A stretch of 64,000 nucleotides of DNA from Callorhinchus milii (lineage: Eukaryota). The position numbers and the translations under genes are program-made. Positions 50,001 through 61,560 of this stretch are shown in pieces. The stretch lies in the NCBI RefSeq assembly GCF_018977255.1, contig NW_024704755.1:15500001-15564000 (forward strand), given 5' to 3'. The stretch's first letter is position 1. Each line of letters begins with the position of its first letter. The notes under the pieces are model-generated. The model searched no databases, had not been told where the DNA came from, and saw only the letters and a program-made list of their open reading frames with translations.

Positions 50001-51591
50001 TACTTCTCTTAATCTCTCAGCACTGTCTACTCTCTTCCTGTCTCACGTATTTCAAGGAGGCTTTCTCGACGAGGCGAGACCAAATTGATCTACTCCCTTG
50101 ATCATGCTCCATCCCCGTAATATCACCTTCTCATCATGTGCCATTTCTTTGCCCCAAGCTTGATTTGCATGTCTAACCCTTGGTGCCTTTCGGAAGCAGT
50201 TCTATTATTTGGTCTGTTTGCTCTGAACCTCTGAGGGATGGGGAACCAAAGCAGTGTGGCAAGGGAGGCGGTGATTGGGTCACAGAACCAGGTGCAGGAG
50301 AAAACACGAGCTGCAGAGTTCTGGATGATCTGGAGCTTGTGGAGGAAAGGGATGGGAAGGCCAACAAGCAGAGGATTGTTGTAATTGTACATAGATGTGA
50401 TGAAAGTGAGAATGAGGGTGTCGATAGCCTGAGGGCTGAGGCAGTGGTGAAACCAGGTGACAATGCGGAGGTGGGGGAAGGCAGATCGAGTCATGGCATG
50501 GATGTATGGGAGAAAGGACAGTTGAGGTCAAACAAGATGCCAAGGTTCCTGACTGGCTCAGTGAGGTGGACAGTGCTTCCTTAGATGGTGATGCTGCCAG
50601 CGTTTGAAGTGCGGAGTCGCATATAGGAGCCAATCAGGAGGGCCTCAGTGTTGTTGATATTCAACTGTAGGAAGTTAGCTCTCATCCAGGCCTTGTCCTG
50701 CTTTGAATCGATTCGGACATTCATTTTCCAAACAAGTCACATTCGACCCAGCTCAGCCAAAATGAGACCATGTTTGCTTCCTCCCTCAACTGGGCTCTAT
50801 TTTTAATCTGAGTGAGCGAATCTCTTGCAATGGTATTATTTGTTGACATACTCAAATACAACAGAACAATTGGGCCTTTATCACTTAGTTGTTTCATGTT
50901 AGGCCTTTTTTTTTGCCATTCAACAACATTTCATTAGTTCAATGCACACACATTTTTCTCTGCATTATATGAAATACGTGATATTTTAATTGACCTGCTT
51001 TTCAGTTAGCCCATACCAACTGTGTTTCTTACTCATGCTGAAAAGACAGAGTGACCAGAAGAGACTGGTTCATGCGATTTATGTTTTATTTTTATTGAAA
51101 GGCTGATTGAATGCATTACACAAAACCGAAGTTCCTAACTTACATTCAAGTTTTAGTTTCGGAGCAATTAAAGGGCAATTCAAATTGCCCATTGAGACAT
51201 ACAACTAATTGGTTATCTTTCAAGATGTTATCAGATTAACACAAACAATGCCTTTTTGCAATTTTAAGTATGGTGATGAAGATATAGTAAGCAATATTTT
51301 CCAATAATTTTCCTAAAGACTGATCACGTAACAACCTAATAAATGCAGTTATGGTTGAAAAAGGTGCAAGGAACATTGCAGCACAAGATTAATGCACATC
51401 ATTCAGTAAATTGGAAAATTACATCTAATATACACCAATATTAGTTTCTGAGCCTGCTGCTTTACTTGGCTCTTGGTTCCCTGCAGATAGCTGCTCCTAC
51501 GTGGTTTCTCACAGGAAGCTCTGCATTCGCTGTATCCTTAACAGAAATACTGGGATTTCCTGTGCTTTTTGTAGGATGTAAATCCAAAAGC

Positions 51592-54500
51592 TCACGTCAG
51601 ATTGTTCACGGCTACCCTTTGCTTGGTCTGAAAAAGCAATGTTTGAGAAAGTAATTACATTAATTTGTTTTTCCTGACGTTTTAGAAATCTCCTCGAATA
51701 TTTGCAAATTATTATTTACAGCACCACTTGGCTCATTAGGTAAAGGCTCTACTCCTCACAGAACGGAGCTGAACAGAATCCAGGAGCCACAATTCTTTTC
51801 CTTATTGGATTAGTTGTGCATCGACAGCAATGTAGGCTGGAAAAGAAAAGTGAAGACCAGGGTAGCAGTTGTTCAAATGATTTGGAGATTAATGGGTCTT
51901 TTTTTTTGCTAAACAGTGGCGGATTGCTGCCATCATTTCATAGTCCAAGTCAGCGACAGAGAGAGAAAAGATCAGACGAGAAAGAAAGATTAACCACAGA
52001 AATATACAAACTAGTTTATAAACAATGAACAACAACAACAACAACAAGATTCCATTTATAAAGCGCCTTTCACGTCAGGAGGACGTCCCAAGGCGCTGCA
52101 CAGTTGGGTCATGACCCGAGCAGGGGGGAAATGGACAGGGTGAGGGGAGGGAAGGGAGGGAGCGAGGAGGGGGGAAATGGTCAGGATGAGGGGAGGGAAG
52201 GGAGGGAGCGAGGAGCGGGGAAATGGTCAGGGTGAGGGGAGGGAAGGGAGGGAGCGAGGAGGGGGAAGAGAGTCGAGAGGGGAGCTGAAGGCATGAAGTG
52301 AGTTCCACTACATAGAATGTAGGAAAAAAAATTCTCAGATATACCTGGGTATACACAGTGTTTTCGTCTTGTTTTTTAGGTCTTGGAGTTTTCTTGCAAC
52401 GATTCAAATCCATTTTGGCATAAGTCACCGACTCTTTCTCTGCTCCCTGCAGCGTCTGTAAGACAGACAGTGATAGATTGTTGGCTTCACTGATTTGGAG
52501 ATTCCTCTATTAGTACTGATCAAAATGCTCTTGTGAATCAATATTTTATAATAATAATAATAATCCTTGCATTTGATATAGTGCCTTTCACGTCGGGAGG
52601 ACATCCCAAAGCGCTTCACCTGAATTGAAAATATTTAAAATATAACTTCCAAATATTTTACAAGTCAAAATCATCCTAATTAGCTTTCAGAAGAAAAATT
52701 CCTATTTGACTATACAGTGGCTGATTGTCACCATAATATCATAGAATAAGATAGCGCAAGAGTGTGAAGATGAAGGATAAAGAAAAATTAACCAAAAAAA
52801 TGTGCAAACTATCTTACAGTAAATATTGAAGTGAGTCCCATTCTTTAAAGAAGTAAGAACATTCAATTGGATAGGAAAAGTTGCTGTTTCCATTTTGTGT
52901 TTCTCAGATATACCTGGGCATACACAGTCCTCTCCTCTTGTCTTTTAGGTCTTGGAGTTTTCTTGGAACTGGTTAAATTCAATGTAACATAAGCCACCGG
53001 CTCGTTCTCTTTTCCGTGCTTCGTCTATAAAGCAGAATGTGATGACAACAAGAAAAAACATGATATTTATATTGCACCATTCAAGTCGGGATGACGTCCT
53101 ATGGCACTGATGGATTGTTGTCTTCACTGGTCTGAAAATTGTTGGGGAAGTACGAATCAGAAAGCCCTTGAGAATAATTATATTCGGAGCAGTTTATAAT
53201 TTTTAACAAATAGATGCATGTAGGGAACATATTTAAAAGGTTATTATTTCTTAATAACAACAACAACAAGATTACAGTTGTATGGAGCCTTTCATGTCGG
53301 GAGGACTTCCCAAGGCGATGGACAGTGTACAGCAATTCAGACCCGAGCTGGAGTCAGGAGGGGGAAGGGAGGGGAAGAGGGATGGCCGATGGCACGGTCG
53401 AAGAGGAGAGACTTGAGGCGGCACTTGAAGGAGGCTAAGGAGGGAGCGAGACGGAGTGATTGGGGGATGGAATTCCAGAGGTTGGGAGTAGAGTGGCTGA
53501 AGGCTCTCCTGCCAATGGTGGGGCGGGTGGGTCGGAGCACATGGAGCAGGCCAGAGCCGGCTGAGCGGAGGGAGCGGGTAGGTTGGTAGGGGGGTAGGAG
53601 GTTGCAGAAGTCGGGTGACCAATAACTTTCCATTTGAAGAATTCTGTTTTCAGCTGAAGCATCTGCTGAAATTAATTGAATAAATTTACCTGTTCTTCAC
53701 AATGGTTCAATCTGTTCTGGTTTCTGTGTGAGCCTTAGAAAGAAATTCAATAAATTAAGTATTCACTCAATTTCAAAGTAAATCACATGATTTCAACTTC
53801 TTAACACATTTGCCCACCCCCTTCTCTTATTCCTTCAAATGTATTGCCATCCATTGCTCCACACTCTGGAGCTACAGCTGCCTCTGGAACACCATCACTA
53901 AGTAACTCTGATTCCCTTCTTCACCGCCCCCTTTCTTGTTGATGGAAAAAACAAGATAATAGATTCATTGTGATATGGAATATAAAACCAAAGAGGTATT
54001 AGTAAGATGTAAAAAACGTTGGTTGGACCAATTAGATGATTGTGTCCAAGATTGTTTACCCCACGTAGGAAAGATGTCAATGAATGAATGGGGTGCAAAA
54101 GAGATTTAGCACATGATAATAACAACAATAATAATAATAATCCTTGCATTTGATATAGCACTTTTCACGTCTTCGAGATGTCTCAAAGCGTTTCACAGAA
54201 TGGATTGTAAAGTGAATTGACTGTATATTTGTAGGTGAAATGCAGAAGCCAATTGTGCACAGCAGTGTTCCACAAACAGTTGTGGTTTGAAGTGACCAAT
54301 TTATTATTGTTTGATTTTCTTAGGGATTATTATCAGGCGTGTGGAGTAAGGAAACTTGCCCAAGGTTTCACCCTGCTGGGAGTCAAACCCAGGTTTCTCG
54401 TTTGCAAAGCGAGTACTCTAACCGCTGAGCTATATGATACCAGGCAAGGCTGGCGTGACCTATGAGCAGAGACTGGAGCAACAGAGATTTTTCTCCATGG

Positions 54501-57500
54501 AATAAAGAAGTTTGAGTGGTGACCTGATAGAGGTCTTTAAAATTATGAGTGGTTTTGATAGTATCAATGGAGAATTTATTTCCAATGGTAAGTGATTCAG
54601 TGACAAGAAGGCAGTGGTTAAGATAGCTATAAAATGGCAAATAGCGGTTTAAGGAGATTTATTTTCCACACACAGAGAAATCAGGATATCCTGTTGATGG
54701 TGTAGGCAAATTTCGCATTCACTTTCAAAAGGGTACAAGAAGATATAACCTAAAATGGGTTGACTGGAAGAGTAATGGAGAAATACAGGTAAATTGGGAC
54801 TAAAAGCATTGCTCTTAAAAAGATAACACAGACACTGTGGACGGAATGTGACTGTATGCAGATCATACTTCTGTGCTGTAAATTTGTATCCTTCTATCCA
54901 GTTTACAATTTACTTCTTCCTCTTTTGTAGTTTCAGAGGTCTTTCCTGTACCCACAATCCAATTCCATCACCAGATGGGAAGCCGATCCAAGCAGTGTCA
55001 ATCATTTGGGGTTTTCCACAAGACATGAATAGTGCTATATCAATGTGAATTTATATTGTATAGTTAAATGTTTCCCTACTTCTCTATTTTAAATATTTCC
55101 CTTACTCCTTTGTTTCCCTCTATAAAAAACAATATGCAGATCTTTGTCACATTTTCCAGGAATATCTTGAAATTGTCACGCAATCAATGTATTGTTGAGA
55201 AATCATGTTTTACCATATTGGGAACAGAATCCTAATGGTTCTACTGTTGCATTTCTGCTGATACCTGATGCTTTTCTCCAAATATATACAAAATCTGGAT
55301 TTTGTATATCAGGCACTATTTCTAACTTTGCGGATGAGACAAAAGGGCAACAGTGAAGATTATTTTAATTTCATTGGAGAGATATAAGAACAATAACAAC
55401 AACAACAAAATCACATTTCTAAAGTGCCACTCAACAACAACAACAACAACAACAACAACAAGATTCCATTTATAGAGCGCCTTTCACGTCGGGAGGACGT
55501 CCCAAGGCGCTGTAGAGTTGGGTCAGGACCCGAGCAGGGGGAAAATGGTCAGGGTGAGGGGAGGGAATGGAAGGAGCGAGGAGGGGGTAGAGAGTCGAGA
55601 GGGGAGCTGAAGGCACGGTCAAAGAGAAAGGTCTTGAGACTGGCCTTGAAGGAGGAAAGGGAGGAGGCGGCGAAGGCACTGGGGGATAGAGTTCCAGAGC
55701 CTCGGGGCTGAGAGGCTGAAGGCCCAGCCACCGATGGTAGGGCGGTTGGGGCGGGGGATGTGAGGCAGTCCGGAGCCAGAGGAACGGAGGGTACGGGCAG
55801 ATAGGTAGGGGGATAGTAGGTCGGAGAGGTAGGAGGGAGCAAGGCTGTGAATGGCCTTGTAGGTGAGGATGAGGATCTTGAAATCGATCCTCTGGGGGAT
55901 GGGGAGCCAGTGGAGGCGAGCGAGGGTGGGAGTCATGTGGTCGCGGTGTCTGGTGCGGGACAGTACACGAGCTGCAGAGTTCTGAATGACCTGCAGTGTG
56001 GAGGGAGGTGCTGGGAAGGCCGGCGAGGAGAGAGTTCCCATAGTCCAGCCTTGAGGTGATAAAGGCGTAGACCAGAGTTTCAGCCGCGTGAGGGGTGAGG
56101 TAGTGCCGTAGTCTGGCGACATTCCGGAGGTGATGGAAGGCGGTGCCAGTTATGGCGTGGATATGAGGGAGAAAGGACAGCTCAGGGTCGAACAGAACGC
56201 TGAGGTTCCTGACCGGCTTTGAGAGGTGGAGAGTGCGTCCTTGGATGCTGATGTTGTCAGCGCCTGAGGTGCGGAGGCGCTGACGCGAGCCAATCAGGAG
56301 GGCCTTAGTTTTACGCACGTTGAGCTGAAGAAAGTTGTCTCTCGTCCAGGACTCGATGTCGGACAGGCAGGCTGTCAGGACATCGGTGGTCGTGGAGTTG
56401 AGGGTAGAGGAGGAAAGGTAGAGTTGGGTGTCATCCACATACATGTGGAAGTTAACCCCATGTCTGCGGATGATGTCACCAAGGGGGAGCATGTAGAGTG
56501 TGAAGAGGAGAGGATCGAGGACATCGAGAGGATGTCCCAAGGCACCGTGCAGTCAGAGATCAGGACCCAAACCTAAAGGGTAGTGTTGGGATGAGGGAGG
56601 GAGAGGGTGTAGGAGTGCAACTGAATGCACAGTCAAAAGTTTCTTGAGTTGTACCTTGAAGGAGGCAAAAGAGGGAACAAGGCAAAAGGAATGTATGATG
56701 TAGTTCCATAGACAGGGGGCAGAGAGGCTGAAATCCAGCCACCGATGGTATGGCGAGGCGGGCGGGAGACCTGGAGCAGGCCAGAGCCTGCTGAGCGGAG
56801 ATAGCGAACAGGCTTATAGGGGGTCAGCAGGTCAGAGATGTATAAGGGGGCAAGGCCATGGGGGGCCTTGAAAGTAAGACCAAGGATTTTGAATTCTATC
56901 CTCCGGGGGATAGGGAGCCAGTGGAGCCAGTCAAGGTTGCGGCTGATGGGGGCACAGAGCCTGGTGCAGGAGAGGACATGAGCTGCAGAGTTCTGGATGA
57001 TCTGCTGTTTGTGAGGGGAGGCTGACAAGGAGGAACTAGAAGATTGTACAGAGAGAGAGAGATAATAATAATAATAATAATCCTTGCATTTGATATAGCG
57101 CTTTTCAGGTCGGGAGGACGTCCCAAAGCGCTTCACAGAACACACTGTAAAGTGAATTGACTGTATATTTGTGGGCGAACGCGGCAGCCAATTGCGCACA
57201 GCAATGTCCCACAAACAGTCGTGGATTGAAAATGACCAATTTTATTATTGTTTTGTTTTTTTGGAGGGATTATTATTAGGCATGTGGAGTAAGGAAACTT
57301 GCCCAAGGTCTCGCCCTGCCTGGAATTCAAATCAGGTCTCTCGCTTGCAAAACGAGTGCTCAAACCACTGAGCTGCAGGACTCCAGATGACAGAGGAAAT
57401 TAAATGCAGAAAATTGGGCACTTGGGGATGTGTAACCAGGTGAGTAGTCTGACAGGATGCTGCGGGTGAAAACGGCTCAGACAGATTCTGTCTTTTCTAA

Positions 57501-60500
57501 AATAGCATATTTTCTAAAATTAATTAATTGTAGCAGAAAGATTAAAAAAAAAGGTGAATTGGGCGTGAATTCTTTAAGGATCGAACAGAGATACAATGGG
57601 CTGAATGGCCTTCTATGATGTAAATTTATTAGTTCAATCACAACAGGTTTCTGACATTCGTTCACACATGAAGCTAAATGTATACAGTGTGAGTTTCTGT
57701 GAGGACATTTGCAATTGTAAATCAATCGCAACCTATTAATCATTTGCACAGCTTTACAGGATGTCAAGATTCCTCTCATTGTGACCTGGGATCCTCTAAA
57801 CTATAAAATAAAGTTCATTTAAATTAAACATTTACAATTAAACTAAATAAAATAGGAATATATCTTACCTTTCCTTTTGTTTAATTGGCATCGTTTCCCA
57901 ATTACAATCAAAAGCAGCAGAAATGCCAGCCCTCCCCCTGCACATCCACCAATCAGGAAATTACGATGTTGAGAACCACTCCCTACAAGAACAGCATAAA
58001 TTGAGTGTGTTAATGACCCCAGCAATGCGTTACAGCCTCATTATCTACACAGTGCATCAGATCAAAGAAGTTCACGCAGATTTGTTTTTAAAAAATACTG
58101 TAAAAAGTGTCCTGGAAGGTCCGTTGCACTAATGGTCAAAAATCAGCCAGTGGAGTTCGTCAGCAAGATTTAGAGTAGCAGACCAGTCACTGGTGGTGGG
58201 GGGGTTGGGGGTCAGGGAGGTTTGCATTACTCCAGCAGTACAACAAACCATACTCTGGATTTTCTTATCCATGTTTCTAGTCAACCTGCATCAAATGCTC
58301 TTCAGATTACATAACGTGAGTCCCTCCAGGAAGACAAAGCTCATCCCATTCCAGATACAAATAAATTCGAGTTGGACGCCCTTATGATCAATCATATTTT
58401 CATTTGACATATTACCGTATGGAAACGGTTCAAAAGCAAATCACACAATAACTTTATTATACTGAAGTAAATGTTGATATATAGGCAAAGCTAATTGCTA
58501 GTTAGTGGAATTACCAAATGATGAAAACGTAATGCACAACTTGAAGGGAAGTATATAGTATTCCATATAATAAAAACAGTTGTACATAACACAATTTAAA
58601 GATATACATTTGATGCCCTCAGTTCTGATTCAGCAGAGTCTAAGAAGATGAAGAATATTCCACAAGAAAACTATATCATTGTAATTTTATGTGTAAATCA
58701 ATGTAAATTATCTTCGAATAACAATTTAGTTAACAACAATTGTCTTTCATAAATTACCTTTGGATTTAGCAGTGTTGTAGACGGCAACCGCTGGAGTCTG
58801 GAGGCTGACGTGAAATGCCAGACAGGTATAAATAACTCCGCTCTGCACAGGCTTTGGCTCTTCCATAGAGCTCGAAACTTTGTAAAGTCCATTTGAGTTA
58901 TTTTTTTTCATGAAATTTATCCCAGTTTTAACTTCATTGCCATCTTTATTCCAGATGAATGTTACATCTCCCGGGTAAACCTCAGCCGTTTCACACACAA
59001 GAGTCAGAGACTTTGATGGATCTCTTTCAGAAGCTCTGGGGAATATCTTCAGTGGGGTTGGGGGGACTGTAGGGCAGACAGTGGGGCAGAATCACATTAT
59101 TTGCTCTGCCACCATTCTGGAACAACAACAACCTGCATTTATGTAACGCCTTTGCGCATATAGTGACCTTACCTACAGATTTAAATGGAGATTTCACTGT
59201 GAATAGGGATATAAGCAAAACCTCCCCATTCACACCAACATTAATTTTGTTCCACTGTGTTTTTTAAATTGTATTTGTTTTGAAACTAATTTACAACAGT
59301 TACAATAGGTACTTTGAAACTGCGCACTGAAACTGTTTCATGCTGTTTGTCGAACATTACTGTGCGTAAAATAGGTTTTCTAGAATGTTAACTTCTGCCT
59401 TTTGTATTAATAATCATGATAATAATAATCCTTGCATTTGATGTAGCAACTTAGATGTTGTTAAGGTGTCTCCCATCGCTACACATAATACACTGTAATC
59501 TGTGGAACAAATTCAGAAAAATTATATAAATCAGAAAATTGTAGTTGCCTGGACTGTAGGTGCAAGAGATTCTGATGAATAATAATCCTAATAATAATTC
59601 CTATCTTAGAGGGAGCGTTTCATGCCATGAGGACCGTCTGAAAGCATTTCACGGGATTCACTGTAAATTAGGGCGATTTGCATTTTTGTAGGTTAACACA
59701 ACAGTCAGTTTTCCACACAGCAATGTACCGCAAATAGATATGAAGTGAATAATCAAATTTAACTGATGGATTCATGGGCCAGAACATAGCGAAGAACAAT
59801 GTCTCTTCTCCTTTCGAATAGTATCACGGGATCTTTAATATCTGTAGGATTCTGCAATTAATGTGTTAAATAATATCTGAAATGATATATGTGCTGCTTA
59901 TGTATTTGCAACATATGATCAATCGCATATTAGGGAAGCTGCTTTTGCTTCGAAGAAGATTCTTTCTCAATGAGGAGAAACAAAAACTTTATAAACAACA
60001 AACTGTTTTCATTTCTTATGTCATTTTCACATTAAAAAAATGGTCTAAGCTGGAGAGAGTTCTGTTGCATCTTACAACAGTCAATAGATGAAAGGTCATC
60101 TAATCAACAGTATAAAAATAGATCGATTCGAAAGAGAACAAAGAAAATTGGAACTTGGAGTCGGAAACATATTCCAGCTTCTAATGAAGGAAGAACAAGA
60201 CGACGAGTTAAACATCTCAACGTGCAATAATACTTGGATACTTTTGGGGTTATATCGAACTGGAAACCATGCAACAATATTTGGATACTTTTTGATGGAC
60301 AAATATTCCGATTAAAATGATCATTAGATTGGACATTACTCCTTTATCTCTCGCACAGCATTTGGTTTTGTCAACTGATATCTTTATGAGCTGCATTATA
60401 CGAGGATGCATAAGCATGATGGGATGTAATCTTTTATTTACTTATTAACATTATTAATCTGAATTAATAGAGATTGATTAATTGTATGACATTTGAGTTA

Positions 60501-61560
60501 GTCCTTACTGCACCACAGGGCAACAAATTTAAAGGAACCCTCACATATTCACCTGAACAAGTAGAAGGGACCTCGGTTTAACGTCTCATCCAAATAGCGG
60601 GAATAGAAGATCGATCCTCAAGCATTGCATTGAATTGTCAGGGATGTGGGACAATCTCTATAATTTTGTTCAGGATAGAATCAAATATCAGATCGAGTAA
60701 AGTTCGAGTTACGGCGGTACGGAGGTATATTTAAAAACATTGCTTAACGCAATTATTCAGCAACTCAGCTTCCCACTTTGTTATGTTTAATAAATTCGCC
60801 GGCTCAGGTCAGTTCAATAAAGAAGGGGCAAAACTTTGGTTTCATAATATTCTATTGGTCAATAAGTATTGAAATAAAACCTGTCCTGTGTGCTGTTCAA
60901 TCATAACTTTGTATGAGTGTTGAGAATTAAACAAATAATTTATTCATATCGATTTCACAATGTGGCAATACTCACCTTTCAGCATTCTTCATTACTATGG
61001 TATTCACACTTACCATGTACAGTTAAACATGATCCAGTTCCTTTTCCTGCTATTTTTTCCTGACGCATCACTGCACAAAGATAGACTCCCGAGTCTTGAA
61101 AATTCACGTTTAGGAGGTGGAATGATTTGGACTCAAATGTTTTCCTGTTGTCAGGTTTTGTATTCAGGAATCCACTCTCTCCTTGTTTCCACCAGTAAAG
61201 TTCTGTATTTGAATTGTGTTGATTTTCGGCAGTCTCACAGGAGAATGTACCATTTTCACCTTGGATTACTGTGAGTTCTGCAGGATATTGGATCACTTTC
61301 ACTGCTGCATCACCAGCAACTGTCAGGAAATGAATTAACCAATAATTACTGATTATAGAGAGGAATAAAAGCGACAAAACAAACAGAGAGAGGGAGGAGA
61401 AAACAATCAGAAGATAAGAAAGACGGACGTATTCACTATACACATTTTGAAAAATTTTATCTACCTCGTTTTGTATTTAGACTGAGCTTTAGTACAATTC
61501 CATACCTGTGGTGATAATCCCTATTAGATAAATATAGGAGATCACATCACTCGCCATCAT
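51592..61560 (-). CDS. Gene D: complete VJ-C1-TM receptor with a four-tyrosine tail, 361 aa
   Basis: Exons 61560-61506, 61319-61014, 59066-58758, 57982-57869, 53733-53690, 53024-52914, 52455-52345, 51627-51592 (TGA) sum to 1086 nt, open. Confidence 0.84.
52028..52292 (-). mobile_element. Young 5'-truncated L2 element
   Basis: Apparent atgaa TSD; the site is empty at the paralogous positions near 13610 and 36660. Confidence 0.85.
53262..53620 (-). mobile_element. L2 3' fragment
   Basis: [23 protein letters not shown] motifs with (AAC)n tail. Confidence 0.75.
54115..54440 (-). mobile_element. tRNA(Ala)-derived SINE inserted into an old CR1 fragment
   Basis: Same family; interrupts sequence that is contiguous at about 15.3 kb. 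Confidence 0.75.
55433..56520 (-). mobile_element. Young L2 element, about 1.1 kb (RT C-terminal half + 3'UTR), nested in an older L2 tail
   Basis: [34 protein letters not shown]2-type RT motif (ORF 55470..56540) and (AAC)n tail. Confidence 0.9.
57062..57385 (-). mobile_element. tRNA(Ala)-derived SINE
   Basis: Same family, full length. Confidence 0.8.
57869..57982 (-). CDS. Gene D stalk/transmembrane exon
   Basis: 114 nt; [29 protein letters not shown]; ORF 57843..58025. Confidence 0.85.
58758..59066 (-). CDS. Gene D C1-set exon
   Basis: 309 nt; ORF 58747..58998; same lineage as the A C1 exon. Confidence 0.9.
61014..61319 (-). CDS. Gene D V(J) exon
   Basis: 306 nt; ORF 60979..61443. Confidence 0.9.

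Noticed and set aside
55470-56540. 356-aa ORF as a cellular gene
   Set aside because: It is an L2 reverse-transcriptase fragment with a frameshift and a LINE 3' tail. The same applies to 26318..27061, 40128..40712 and 9663..10055.
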